Positions 47,370 to 57,808 of a stretch of 64,000 nucleotides of DNA are shown here, one piece after another. The stretch is from NCBI GenBank assembly GCA_964347045.1, contig CAYFXC010000004.1, positions 1-64,000 of the forward strand. The letters are read 5' to 3'. How positions within the stretch are numbered: the stretch's first letter is position 1; every line of letters starts with the position of its first letter. The stretch is from an uncultured archaeon (GTDB lineage Archaea > Asgardarchaeota > Hermodarchaeia > Hermodarchaeales > Hermodarchaeaceae). The notes below the pieces were generated by a model, which saw only the letters and a program-made list of their open reading frames with translations, was not told the origin of the DNA and searched no databases. The position numbers and the translations under genes are program-made.

Positions 47370-49232
47370 ATGCCAAGTTATCCTCGTATTTTATTGATAG
47401 TTCAAAATCGAGTACGACGAGCGCTCCCTAGACTTCGAAATGTGCTATTAGTTCTATTGATGATTGGTGGCTCGGTGTTCCTTAGCATTTATATTGGAAC
47501 CAGTAACCCTCCAGCGAATCTTCAGCAGTTTTCTTCAATATCAGAATTATCCCAACATATTAGATCTCATAACCCTCCGCCTCTGATCGGGATGCCTGAA
47601 TTTCCAGGGATTTTTTTGGGGCTGGGTACTGGTAATCCTGGGGGACAACCTCCAAGTTTAGAAGGAACTAGTGGTTACTCAACAACTAATATACAGGTTG
47701 AGGGAGTCGACGAACCAGATATCGTAAAAACCGATGGTTCGTACATTTACACAATCATTGATACAGAAATTGTCGTAATTGAAACATACCCTCCTACATC
47801 GGCAGAAGTTATTGCCCGTATCCAATCGTCTGAAACCCCTGAAGCCCTTTTCTTATTTGCATCTACAAAGCTTGTTGTTTTAGCAGTTGACCAAGGATTA
47901 ACCATCATTGAGATTTATGATGTCTCTAACCCAAGGTCAATAATTCAAAGTTCTAGAGTGACAATTTCGGGAAGATACAGAGGAGCTCGAATGATTGGTC
48001 CGCACTTATACCTCATCGCTTCTGCTTTTGCAGGTGATGGAAGCAGCGACGATATTCCAACAATTGTAATCGGGAGTAATCGTAGAACAATTTCTATCCA
48101 AGATGTTTACTATGATCCTGGTGAATATGATTGGAGTTTTTGTTTCCAAATGATCATTAGCTTGGATGTTTTTGATGTCGAGGCAAGCTTGAATACAGAA
48201 ACTATTCTAACGGGTAGCTCCACAAGTACACTTTATTCTTCACTAAATAACATCTACTTGGCTATCTCACGGTATCCAATATTCTCACGTAATTGGTTTG
48301 ATAAGCAAACTACAATACATCGATTCGAATTGACTAATGGAGGAGTGTCGTATCAAGCAAGTGGATATGTACCAGGCTATCTAATAAATCAGTTTGCGTT
48401 AGATGAGTCAGGCGGCTATCTTCGTGTCGCAACAACAAGTTTGGTGTTTTCAATTCAAAATGAGGCTGAATGGTTTCAAGTAAGTAATGTGTACATTTTG
48501 GATATGGAGTTAAAAACATGTGGACGAGTAGAAGGATTGGCACCTGGTGAACAGATTTACTCAGTACGGTTTATCGGAAACACTGGATACCTAGTAACAT
48601 TTTGGAAAGTTGATCCCTTGTTCCTAATTGATCTGACTGATCCATTCTTTCCTCGGCTGATGGGTGAATTAGTAATGCCTGGATACTCGGACTATCTACA
48701 TCCCCTCGATAATGGGTTTTTGCTCGGAATTGGGAAAGAAACAGTAGTAAGTGAGTCAGGGGATTTTTGGTGGTATCAAGGGGTTAAGGTTAGTCTATTC
48801 AATACTACAGACCCATCTTCTCCGGATGAAACTGATCGCTTAGTGATTGGTGTGCGGGGAACGGATTCGGATGTATTACATGATCACAGGGCAATCTTGG
48901 TTGATACACAGAGGGATTTCTTTGCAATGCCAATTCTGTTATGTGAATATGTAAACATATCCAATCCTGAACCGAATTTACCAGGCACACCTGTGTGGCA
49001 AGGCGTTTACATGTTTAAAACTAACACTAGTAATGGTGACGTAGAACTTTGGGGCAAAATTTCGCACCTTGAAGACTCTGAAGGATTCCCAGAGAACCAT
49101 TGGAAATTACAGGCGTATTTCATTCATAGAAGCCTATACATTGGTGATGTGCTTTACACGCTCTCAGCACAAAAGCTCATGTACCATAGTTTAGTAGATC
49201 TTAGCTATATTGGCGAAATTAGTCTTGTTTAG
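47370..49232 (+). CDS. Secreted beta-propeller domain protein (Beta_propel family)
   Basis: YSTTNIQVEGVDEPDIVKTDG, NQFALDE, GEQIYSVRF, VDPLF, PGYSDYLHP. Confidence 0.9.
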   Translation: MPSYPRILLIVQNRVRRALPRLRNVLLVLLMIGGSVFLSIYIGTSNPPANLQQFSSISELSQHIRSHNPPPLIGMPEFPGIFLGLGTGNPGGQPPSLEGTSGYSTTNIQVEGVDEPDIVKTDGSYIYTIIDTEIVVIETYPPTSAEVIARIQSSETPEALFLFASTKLVVLAVDQGLTIIEIYDVSNPRSIIQSSRVTISGRYRGARMIGPHLYLIASAFAGDGSSDDIPTIVIGSNRRTISIQDVYYDPGEYDWSFCFQMIISLDVFDVEASLNTETILTGSSTSTLYSSLNNIYLAISRYPIFSRNWFDKQTTIHRFELTNGGVSYQASGYVPGYLINQFALDESGGYLRVATTSLVFSIQNEAEWFQVSNVYILDMELKTCGRVEGLAPGEQIYSVRFIGNTGYLVTFWKVDPLFLIDLTDPFFPRLMGELVMPGYSDYLHPLDNGFLLGIGKETVVSESGDFWWYQGVKVSLFNTTDPSSPDETDRLVIGVRGTDSDVLHDHRAILVDTQRDFFAMPILLCEYVNISNPEPNLPGTPVWQGVYMFKTNTSNGDVELWGKISHLEDSEGFPENHWKLQAYFIHRSLYIGDVLYTLSAQKLMYHSLVDLSYIGEISLV

Positions 49233-49244
49233 GATATGAAAAAT

Positions 49245-50675
49245 TCAAAGCGAAAGAAGATATTGATGAATATTCCGTGCGGCATTTTTTCCCTCGCCCG
49301 CAGCAGCGATGACAGTACCGTCGCCTCCAGTAATATCACCAGCGGCCCAGACATGTGATATAGAGGTTTCTAGTGAATCAGGATCAACAACGACATCACC
49401 CCATCGATCACATTCTAACCCAGGTGTACAACTGGGCACCGAAGGATTTGCTAAGGCACCAATGGCAAAAATCACTGTATCAACAGGAAAGTCAAATTCG
49501 GATCCCTCGATGGGTTCAGGACGGCATCTTCCACTTTCATCCGGATCCCCAAGGCAGTTACGGAGACATCGCATCCTCTTGACACGCATTTGGTCGTCAC
49601 CAACTAGCTCAATGGGTTGAGTAAGAAATTGAAACTCGACCCCTTCTTCTTTTGCATGATAATACTCTTCTCGGCGAACTGGCATTTCATTTTCTGAACG
49701 GCGGTACACGATTTGCACCTTGGAAGCGCCCAAACGAATTGCAGTGCGGGCACTGTCCATTGCTGCGTTTCCGCCGCCGATAACAGCAACAACTTTTCCT
49801 TGGATGATCGGCGTGTCATATTCGGGGAATTGGTAGGCGCGCATGAGATTGACACGAGTAAGGAACTCATTACTGCTATAGCTCCCGATAAGATTTACTC
49901 CAGGAATACGAAGAAATCGTGGTAGACCCGCCCCTGAGGCAAGAAGAATCGCATCATAACCTTGTCCAAAGAGATCGTCAAGAGTATATAATTGACCGAT
50001 GAACGCATTTAATTGAAATTCCACACCAAGTTGTTTTAAGTAATTAATTTCAGCTTTGACTATTGCTTTGGGGAGACGAAACTCTGGAATTCCATAAACA
50101 AGGACACCACCCGGTTCATGCAGGCTTTCAAAAACTGTTACTTGGTGGCCTAAAAGGGCTAGATCTCCTGCAGCCGTAAGGCCACCTGGACCACTCCCAA
50201 CAATTGCAATACGGCGTCCAGTTAGTTTGGGAAGCGGGGGTACTTCGACACCATGCTCCCGTTCCCAATCCGCAAGGAAGCGTTCAATGCGACCAATTTC
50301 GATAGCATATCCTTTCCTATTGAAGATGCAGCCTGCTTGACATTGTGTCTCTTGTGGGCAAACACGACCACAAATAGCTGGGAGACTATTTTTTTCTTTA
50401 ATGATTCGAATAGCCTCTCGATAATCCCGTCCGCGAACAGCTTCTAAAAACCGATCGATTTCAATCTCAACGGGGCACCCTTCAACGCATTTAGGGTTCT
50501 TACAAGCCATACACCGTTCAGCTTCTTGAAGAATCTGATCTTCGGAATATCCAAGATTAACCTCATCAAAATTATTAATCCGATCTTTGGGATCCTGATG
50601 GGGCATCCCTGGTGGCTCAATTAGCCAAGGACGGGGTCGTTCAGATTTTTTTTCTTTGTGTTTACCTGATGTCAT
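49245..50675 (-). CDS. nfnB: GltD-like flavoprotein: NfnB / SudA large subunit of the electron-bifurcating transhydrogenase
   Basis: EAERCMAC…CVEGCP, CGRVCPQETQC, GSGPGG, GGGNAAMD; partner NfnA at 56808; no GltB in window. Confidence 0.8.
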   Translation of the reverse strand: MTSGKHKEKKSERPRPWLIEPPGMPHQDPKDRINNFDEVNLGYSEDQILQEAERCMACKNPKCVEGCPVEIEIDRFLEAVRGRDYREAIRIIKEKNSLPAICGRVCPQETQCQAGCIFNRKGYAIEIGRIERFLADWEREHGVEVPPLPKLTGRRIAIVGSGPGGLTAAGDLALLGHQVTVFESLHEPGGVLVYGIPEFRLPKAIVKAEINYLKQLGVEFQLNAFIGQLYTLDDLFGQGYDAILLASGAGLPRFLRIPGVNLIGSYSSNEFLTRVNLMRAYQFPEYDTPIIQGKVVAVIGGGNAAMDSARTAIRLGASKVQIVYRRSENEMPVRREEYYHAKEEGVEFQFLTQPIELVGDDQMRVKRMRCLRNCLGDPDESGRCRPEPIEGSEFDFPVDTVIFAIGALANPSVPSCTPGLECDRWGDVVVDPDSLETSISHVWAAGDITGGDGTVIAAAGEGKNAARNIHQYLLSL

Positions 50676-50789
50676 GTATAACCCTTTGTGAATTGAATTC
50701 CGCTATTCTGGTGCACTTCTAATAGAATTAAAGCCTTCTGAAAATTCAGTGAATGAATATTAAAAAATCACTGTGAAATACAGCCAGTC

Positions 50790-52646
50790 TTATTTAGGCC
50801 ACATATCTTCTATAACTCCACTTAGACCCAATTTGGTTAGTAACTTCCGAGTGGGTTTACCTGTCGTTGAATCCCATTGGCTAATTTCATAAAATTGCTG
50901 GAGTTGTTGTTTTAAATTTGGAACTTGTCCTTTATTAGACCCGTGAGTAAAGGGTGTTGCAAGTCCTATTGGCAGGTGATCGTCAGCCCTAGTGATGCCA
51001 CAGCGAATATTAAAAGCCCGTTTCAAGGTCATTGACCTTTCACCAATTTCAAGAAGTTCAACTGGTGTAAGATTTCGACCCGTTGCGCTATTATAAAGAT
51101 CTGTTACGAGCGGAGGTTCAAGAAGAGCTAGTTGGCAAAGTGTGAGAGAGTTAAATAGGGTTCTCCAGTTCCGTAACCTTGCGATTTTTAATCCTTGATT
51201 TCGGTCTGCATGTCGATCACCAGGTTCAATATCAAATTCAGGAATTTCGACACCCATATCTATGGTTTGAACATCACCTTGCATGTGAGAGGCACCGATG
51301 GGAGATACAGCATAGGTAGTAGCTAGCCCAAAGAAAGCCCGCGGGTCATGTAAAGGAATTTCCAGTCCTTTCACATGAAGGGCTAGATCAGGAATTCCAA
51401 GTTTATCAGCAGCCCGCTTAACCCCTTCAGCAAGAATATCCCCCAGCTCCTGGCGATTGACAATCATTTCAATTAGTTGAATAATGGCTTCCCCATTTCC
51501 AAAGTTGAGCTCAACAGACCCAATAGAATCCTTAGGAATTTTTCCTTTCTCGTTTGCCGCAAAGCTGAATGCAATGACATTTCCACAAGAGATAGTATCG
51601 AGCCCATACAGGTTGCAGAGATGATTTGCTTGACATAATAGTGGAAGATTTTCAACCTGACAAAGAGACCCAAAAGCGCCAATTGTCTCATATTCAGGAC
51701 CTGCAACATTCGTTAGTGCTACATTTGATTCTTCAACGGTAATGATTGGACCACACCCAATTGGACAGGCATGACACCGAAATTGTCCTGTTCGGTATTT
51801 TTTCAGAGCGGAAGCATTAATTTTTGAAATATCCATGAGAGATTCCGTAAAATAGCGAACAGGCATACCATTGAAGAGATTCATTAGCATATCGGCACTA
51901 TAGAGAGTCCCGTTCGCTCCTAAAATGGGTGCTAGAATTTCGAGTAGCTGAAATGCAATTCTAACATGCTTTCGGAATGCTTCAGGATCAGCCAATTCTG
52001 GTTTGTGTGATCCTCGTACTGCAATAGCTTTCAATAATTTAGCCCCAAAAACAGCTCCCGCTCCAGCACGGGCACTGGCTCTCCCTGCATCATTCATAAT
52101 CGCTGCGAACCGAACTTTATTTTCTCCCCCTTTACCTATAGATAATACGCGAGTTTTAGGGTCGCTAGTTTCTTTTTTAATGATTTTTTCTGTGTCATAT
52201 GTGTCTATTCCCCAAAGATGATCGGCTGACTTGATTATGGCTTCATCGTCATTGATGTATAGATAAACTGGTGATTTTGCAGCACCGGTGATTAGTATTC
52301 CATCTAAACCAGCATGACGCAGTTCAGCGCCAAAATAGCCTCCTCCCGTTGACTCTCCCCAAATGCCAGTTAGTGCAGACTTGGTACCAATTGCATGCCG
52401 CCCAGTGCATGGAGCTCCTGTAGCTGTAAGAGGCCCTGTGAAAATTGCTACTTCGTTCGAAGGATGAAAGGGATCCAATTCTTCAACGTTCAGCCGATCA
52501 TAAAGTAACCGCGTAGCATAACCTGCGCCTCCGATGAAATCACGAGCATACGTCCAATTGAGTGGTTTTCGTTGGATCCTTCCTTTTGTTAGATCAACAA
52601 GGAGAAACTCACCCATGTATCCCCTCAGGGTGCGCACCTGAATCAC
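50790..52646 (-). CDS. aor: Tungsten aldehyde:ferredoxin oxidoreductase family protein
   Basis: KSALTG.WGES..GG, CHACPIGC, GPEYET, GLDTIS, VKGLEIP.HDPR. Confidence 0.9.
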   Translation of the reverse strand: MIQVRTLRGYMGEFLLVDLTKGRIQRKPLNWTYARDFIGGAGYATRLLYDRLNVEELDPFHPSNEVAIFTGPLTATGAPCTGRHAIGTKSALTGIWGESTGGGYFGAELRHAGLDGILITGAAKSPVYLYINDDEAIIKSADHLWGIDTYDTEKIIKKETSDPKTRVLSIGKGGENKVRFAAIMNDAGRASARAGAGAVFGAKLLKAIAVRGSHKPELADPEAFRKHVRIAFQLLEILAPILGANGTLYSADMLMNLFNGMPVRYFTESLMDISKINASALKKYRTGQFRCHACPIGCGPIITVEESNVALTNVAGPEYETIGAFGSLCQVENLPLLCQANHLCNLYGLDTISCGNVIAFSFAANEKGKIPKDSIGSVELNFGNGEAIIQLIEMIVNRQELGDILAEGVKRAADKLGIPDLALHVKGLEIPLHDPRAFFGLATTYAVSPIGASHMQGDVQTIDMGVEIPEFDIEPGDRHADRNQGLKIARLRNWRTLFNSLTLCQLALLEPPLVTDLYNSATGRNLTPVELLEIGERSMTLKRAFNIRCGITRADDHLPIGLATPFTHGSNKGQVPNLKQQLQQFYEISQWDSTTGKPTRKLLTKLGLSGVIEDMWPK

Positions 52647-53317
52647 CAGTTCTTCATGCGCTTCATAAACTCGAACATCTCTTGTTGGGTCTTTATCGCC
52701 TCAAATGGTAGGATAGGTAATTTCATCCTACCACCAGCAGCAGCAGAAGCGAGCAAATAAATGTGAGCAACACGCTCGAGCAATAAGGAATTATGGAGGG
52801 CTATGTCTAATGTAGGACCACAACAGAGAGCACCATGGTTGGCTAAAAACACTGCATTTCTTGGTCCTAATGCAGCGACAACATTCTTTGCTAATTCTTC
52901 AGTTCCAGGCATACCGTATTTTGCCACTTCTACTTGTCCTCCCAGACGGATGACAAATTCGTCGACAATGGGAGGTAACGGTTTTTGAAGTACTGCCATA
53001 GCTGAGGCATAGATACAATGTGTATGAACTATAGCGTTCACATCAGGTCGAGCTTTGTAAATGGCTAAATGAAGAGGATACTCAATTGAAGGATTTCGAT
53101 CCCCCTCAACAATGTCACCAGCCATATTGATGATCATAACATCCTCAGCGCCCATACAAGAATAATCAACGCTACTTGGAGTAATTGCAATATTGTCTGT
53201 ATCCACGATTCGAAAACTAGCGTTTCCAGAACTACCGATGACTAACTCGGCGTTTTGCATGTTCTGACAGGTTTTGAGCACTTTATTTTTGGCTTCTTTG
53301 ATTTTTTCGGGTGTCAT
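52643..53317 (-). CDS. Class II aldolase/adducin family (FucA-like)
   Basis: GSSGNAS, ITPS, PSIEYPLH, HTH, LANHG; ATG 53317 avoids overlap with the kinase gene. Confidence 0.9.
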   Translation of the reverse strand: MTPEKIKEAKNKVLKTCQNMQNAELVIGSSGNASFRIVDTDNIAITPSSVDYSCMGAEDVMIINMAGDIVEGDRNPSIEYPLHLAIYKARPDVNAIVHTHCIYASAMAVLQKPLPPIVDEFVIRLGGQVEVAKYGMPGTEELAKNVVAALGPRNAVFLANHGALCCGPTLDIALHNSLLLERVAHIYLLASAAAGGRMKLPILPFEAIKTQQEMFEFMKRMKNW

Positions 53318-53345
53318 TTCAATCCGCCAACCATTAAGCATGAAA

Positions 53346-54875
53346 TTATAGATTTGCAGATTGCTTGTATAATGTTTGCCATCTGGTGAAATAACTTTCG
53401 TACTTTTTGTGCACATCCTGGCGGGGTAAAAGCTCAGACTGTAAAACAACCATATTATGCATTGCTTCAGCTAGCGATTTGTACATTCCCGCTGCAGTTG
53501 CTGCACAAATTGCCGCACCCAAACTCGAGGCCTCAGCGACTTTACCACATCTAGTTTTCAATCCAGTCACATCAGCAAGCATTTGTCGCCAAAAACTACT
53601 TCGTGCCATTCCTCCGGCTACCGTACAAAACTCAAACTGGTATGGAGCCAAGTCCTGAATTAGCTCTATATTTGTGTGAATTGCATAACTGATATTTTCA
53701 AACAACGCGCGTGTTACTTCCTTAATCGAAATGGGTGTCACAACAGGTGAAGCAGGAGCAGGAAAAAGAAAAATCGAAGGGCGAATAGTGGCCATATCCC
53801 TTGCGTTCATTATCTGAGGACCTAGTAACGCAAACGTATCGAAAGAGCCCACGGGCGCCTCAGAAGCTAGCTCTTCAAGACGACGAAATGCTAAATCGGT
53901 TGAACCCTTCAAATCCTTGCAAAGAGGACTTAGCATATTCTGCACAAACCAGCTTAGAACCGACCCTGTTGTTCCCGAATTGGCTTCAAGCACCCATCTA
54001 TGAGGAAAGAGAAATCTTCCTGTCCAGAGCCGATTATCTGGGTCTATAACGGGTTCGGATGTCACAAGTTGGACTGGTGCTGTATTACCTGCCACTACTC
54101 CAACATCCCCAGGTTCAGTGGCAGCCGATCCCAAAAGAGCACATTGAGTATCTGCTCCCCCAATGCCAACAACTGAAGCTGTTGACAGCCCAGTACTTTT
54201 ACTCGCCTTTTCAGATACGTTATCAACTAAGGAGCCAGGTTCAGAAATCACAGGTAATAAATCAGCAGATAACTCCGCCATTTCTAAAATTTCAGGTGAC
54301 CATTCTGAGGATTGAATGTCCATGAATTGAGTATTTGAAGCCTGTGTGGGATCAGTTGTAGCTTGACCGGTGAGTTGGTAGACAATCCAGTCACTGATAG
54401 ATAGGACATGTTTAATTTTTGAAAATTGTTCGGGTTTTTCACGTTTATACCAGAGAAGTCGACATAGAGAATATAATAGGGGTGGCCAACACCCAGTTGG
54501 CGGACAGGTTTCCTCCAAACCTTTCATTACTATACTCTGAACAAGTACCCCACGACCATCAAGATTAGGTCCAGCGTAGATAACTGCGCCTCTCTCATCG
54601 AGAAAAACAGCGCCGTGTCTTTGACTCGTAGCGACGATACTGATAATGTCGGAAGGTTTGGATTTGGCATCTCTCAACGCGATAGGTATCATTTTGCATA
54701 TGGTTTGCCATGCTTCTTTGGCGTTGAATTCTTTTCCAATTCCAAAGAGTCCTTCTGAATCGAAATATTGAATGGGTGTAAATTGCCGAGCACGGACTAT
54801 TCCTTTGTGTGAAAAAATCATGCATTTAATACCAGATGTACCAAAATCTATTGTGAGTAATTGTTGTTTGGACAT
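53346..54875 (-). CDS. FGGY carbohydrate kinase (YoaC/LsrK-like)
   Basis: IDFGTSG, TSQRHG, GGADTQ, AGG.ARS..W.QMLADV, LGAAI. Confidence 0.9.
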   Translation of the reverse strand: MSKQQLLTIDFGTSGIKCMIFSHKGIVRARQFTPIQYFDSEGLFGIGKEFNAKEAWQTICKMIPIALRDAKSKPSDIISIVATSQRHGAVFLDERGAVIYAGPNLDGRGVLVQSIVMKGLEETCPPTGCWPPLLYSLCRLLWYKREKPEQFSKIKHVLSISDWIVYQLTGQATTDPTQASNTQFMDIQSSEWSPEILEMAELSADLLPVISEPGSLVDNVSEKASKSTGLSTASVVGIGGADTQCALLGSAATEPGDVGVVAGNTAPVQLVTSEPVIDPDNRLWTGRFLFPHRWVLEANSGTTGSVLSWFVQNMLSPLCKDLKGSTDLAFRRLEELASEAPVGSFDTFALLGPQIMNARDMATIRPSIFLFPAPASPVVTPISIKEVTRALFENISYAIHTNIELIQDLAPYQFEFCTVAGGMARSSFWRQMLADVTGLKTRCGKVAEASSLGAAICAATAAGMYKSLAEAMHNMVVLQSELLPRQDVHKKYESYFTRWQTLYKQSANL

Positions 54876-54887
54876 GCCATACGCCCA

Positions 54888-55919
54888 TTAAGATGATTTG
54901 AGAACTTCTGGGTTTGCTAAGTATTTGGGAGTTTCTCCCTTTAAGAATCGGTTAATATCCGAGGCTAAAATCATTGATTGTCGATACACTACATCGAGGG
55001 TATTTCCTCCAATATGTGGTGTTACTGTGACATTATCGAATTGTAGGAATCGATTATTTGATCCAACTGGTTCTCGCGAATGAACGTCAAGCCCTGCCCC
55101 GGCAATCCTTCCTGTTTGAATAGCTTCAAACAAAGCCTCTTCGTCAATGATGGCTGAACGAGCTGTATTAATCAGATGAGCAGAAGGCTTCATCCATGCA
55201 AGTTGCTCTTTTCCAATCATTCTAAATGTTTCTGGAGTTGCCCGTGTATGAATAGTGATAAAATCCGATTCTCGCATGAGGGTTTCCAAATCTACTTTTT
55301 TTGCATTCACCTTCTTTCCATGTTTGGCATCAATATTGGGATCAGAGAAGAGAACTCGGGTTCCAAAGCCTTGTAGGCGTTCAGCGACTCGAAAGCCAAT
55401 TTGACCCAAGCCGATAATACCAACAGTACTTCGTCCTAGTTCTCGACCCTTAAGCGAGTCATGAAGTGTAGTAAACTTTTCAGCGCTGTTAATCTCGACT
55501 TGGCCTGATCTAAGAAGTCGATCCATATTGATGAGTTTGCGAGCCTGAGCGAGTATTAAAAGAATTGTCAGGTCTGCAACTGAGTCGGCATTCCTTCCAG
55601 GAGCATAGAACACTGGTACGCGATGAGCGGTTGCTGAGTCGATATCAATTTCTTTGGGACTATCTCGCGCACTTGCCAAGAATTTCAGAGGGAATCCTTC
55701 AAAGACTTCTTCTGTCACCGCATCTGCCTCAACAATGGCAGCATCTGCTTTGACAGCTTTGAGTTTTTCAAGAAACTCTTCACCCCAATAGATATGCCCA
55801 GTAATACGCCAATCTTCATGTATAACAGTAGCATGTTGACGTAGTATTGTGATTCCTTCTTCATGAAATGAGGCAGTAATCAGAATGCGCATATTTCTTC
55901 GCATCCTCAATATAGCCAA
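54888..55919 (-). CDS. D-isomer-specific 2-hydroxyacid dehydrogenase family (YoaD-like)
   Basis: PGRNADSVA, GLGQIG, INTAR, LDV..EP, TPHIGG. Confidence 0.9.
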   Translation of the reverse strand: MAILRMRRNMRILITASFHEEGITILRQHATVIHEDWRITGHIYWGEEFLEKLKAVKADAAIVEADAVTEEVFEGFPLKFLASARDSPKEIDIDSATAHRVPVFYAPGRNADSVADLTILLILAQARKLINMDRLLRSGQVEINSAEKFTTLHDSLKGRELGRSTVGIIGLGQIGFRVAERLQGFGTRVLFSDPNIDAKHGKKVNAKKVDLETLMRESDFITIHTRATPETFRMIGKEQLAWMKPSAHLINTARSAIIDEEALFEAIQTGRIAGAGLDVHSREPVGSNNRFLQFDNVTVTPHIGGNTLDVVYRQSMILASDINRFLKGETPKYLANPEVLKSS

Positions 55920-55920
55920 A

Positions 55921-56256
55921 CTACATAAGGATTTGGAGTTTCAATAGATCTGTCATACTTCCTTTTGCCTTCAATGTACCCATGGAATAAGCGTCAAGGG
56001 GACTCAGGTTACCTTGCAAGACTCCGATAAGCGTTCCACTATCCGTGGTAACTAAGAGATTAGGTTTTTCTAATTTACCTTCAGAAAAGGGATCCATTTC
56101 TCCATCATGGATGCGCGTATGGAAACTCGTTTCAAGATCAGAGAAACGGAATTGTAAAGTTCGGTCGAATCCTTCGAACTTAGACTTAGTACCCGGAGTA
56201 TTGAATTTCTCACGAATCCCCTCAAGCACCTTCAAGACCTCGTCTTTTGTTGCCAT
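55921..56256 (-). CDS. SCP2 sterol/lipid-binding domain protein
   Basis: G.LSPLDAYSMGTLKAKGSMTDLLKL; GGTGA RBS. Confidence 0.85.
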   Translation of the reverse strand: MATKDEVLKVLEGIREKFNTPGTKSKFEGFDRTLQFRFSDLETSFHTRIHDGEMDPFSEGKLEKPNLLVTTDSGTLIGVLQGNLSPLDAYSMGTLKAKGSMTDLLKLQILM

Positions 56257-56365
56257 AAGCCTACATCACCTAGTAAACTATCCAATTACTATGTTGGTTA
56301 AAAAATCAATCCCTCATCAGAATTCGTACTGAAATGGTTACATATTCTCCTAATATATCAAATAA

Positions 56366-56725
56366 TTAGATTGGGAGAAAAGGTAAAATGGTCAACCCTA
56401 TCAATCCAACCCCAAGCAACAAAACACCGGTAACTAGAATTACTACACCACTACTCGCTTGCTCAACACGCCTATCTGAGTAATGCCTTGCTGTGTCACG
56501 GGTTGATTGTGGATTTACAGCATATCGCATCGTTGCCATAGCTTCAATAAATGGTGTCTGGAGACACGCGCCGAAAATCAACATAATTACTCCGAGGAAT
56601 AATAAAACCAAAAAGTAACTCGCAAGTGTCCAAATCTGAAATACTAGAAAATTCACAACCCATGCCAGTACAAAACAAATAATCAAAGATACTGTTAATC
56701 GCTTTCCAAAGGAGATCCAATCCAT
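56366..56725 (-). CDS. Small 3-TM hypothetical protein
   Basis: Three hydrophobic helices. Confidence 0.6.
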   Translation of the reverse strand: MDWISFGKRLTVSLIICFVLAWVVNFLVFQIWTLASYFLVLLFLGVIMLIFGACLQTPFIEAMATMRYAVNPQSTRDTARHYSDRRVEQASSGVVILVTGVLLLGVGLIGLTILPFLPI

Positions 56726-56807
56726 TCAGGAACCCCAAGAAATGATGGAAAATTCACGTTTAAAAATCCATGTTAAAGCAAAAGCCAAAGTATAGCTTAA
56801 GAACCGT

Positions 56808-57656
56808 TCAATGACCCTTTAAATTGTGGGCGCATTTATCTTTGTACGCCTCAAAAGCCTGAAACTCCTGCCGCTTATAGATTTCAAGACGGGATAGTAG
56901 CAAATCAAAATTTACTTCATGGGCATCAAACTCAGGACCATCAACGCAGGCAAACTTCATTTCACCACCAATCTCAACTCGACAGGCGCCACACATTCCT
57001 GTGCCATCTACCATGATAGGGTTTAAGCTACATTCGGTTTTTACACCAAAAGATTTCGTGATTGCTGCAACAAATTTCATCATGATTGGTGGTCCGACAG
57101 TAAAGACATAGTCAATTTTTCGATTGGATTCAAGTAGTTCTTTTAGTTTTGTTGTGACGAATCCTTGTGTTCCTTTTGAGCCATCATCGGTGGTGACGTG
57201 GAGTTCATCACTTACTTGGCTAAGTTCGATTTCACAAACAAGGAGATCTTCCTGCCGTGCGCCTAGAATCGTTATGAGCTTATTTCCTGCGTCTTTAAAT
57301 TGATGTGCCCGTGGAAGAGCTTCTGCAGCACCGCAACCCCCAGCAACCACAACTACAGTTCCATAATTCTCTACAGCGGGAGGATTTCCCAATGGCCCAA
57401 GGATATCTTTAATCGTATCACCAGGTTTCAATTGAGCTAGTTCCATTGTGGATTTGCCAACGACTTGAAAAACAATAGTAATAGAACCTGTTTCACTATC
57501 CCAGTTTTTGATAGTGAGAGGAATTCGTTCCCCATGGTCGTGTAGACGATAAATAAGAAACTGCCCTGGACTGGCTTTTGCAGCAATTTTGGGAGCTTCC
57601 ACATCAAACTCGTAGATATCAATGGCAATTTGGCGAGTTGCTAAAACTTTGAACAT
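56808..57656 (-). CDS. nfnA: NfnA / SudB small subunit (FAD, 2Fe-2S)
   Basis: PGQF…GERIPLT, GPLGNP, TDDGS.G..G.VT, MVDGTGMCGACRV, CVDGPEFD. Confidence 0.9.
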   Translation of the reverse strand: MFKVLATRQIAIDIYEFDVEAPKIAAKASPGQFLIYRLHDHGERIPLTIKNWDSETGSITIVFQVVGKSTMELAQLKPGDTIKDILGPLGNPPAVENYGTVVVVAGGCGAAEALPRAHQFKDAGNKLITILGARQEDLLVCEIELSQVSDELHVTTDDGSKGTQGFVTTKLKELLESNRKIDYVFTVGPPIMMKFVAAITKSFGVKTECSLNPIMVDGTGMCGACRVEIGGEMKFACVDGPEFDAHEVNFDLLLSRLEIYKRQEFQAFEAYKDKCAHNLKGH

Positions 57657-57808
57657 CTATGTTCTTCTTCCTAGTGATGAGTAGAGGTTCTATGTGGCGG
57701 GTGAATTGACAAATGGTTTAAACATTCCCATTGTTTTACTGTTTTTTCCGAATGAAATGTAAAACCGTTTTGATTTTATCTTACCCTAATTATGTGGTAA
57801 TGATTTTG

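Noticed and set aside
49245-50675. Glutamate synthase small subunit (gltD)
   Set aside because: No large subunit in the window and an NfnA/SudB partner is present, so NfnB is the better call
53318-53449. N-terminal extensions in the ORF track (aldolase from 53449; likewise sdhA from 57731, roadblock from 9072, DUF2769 from 14792)
   Set aside because: They overlap neighbours or promoters; downstream ATGs match family N-termini and in some cases have clear RBS motifs
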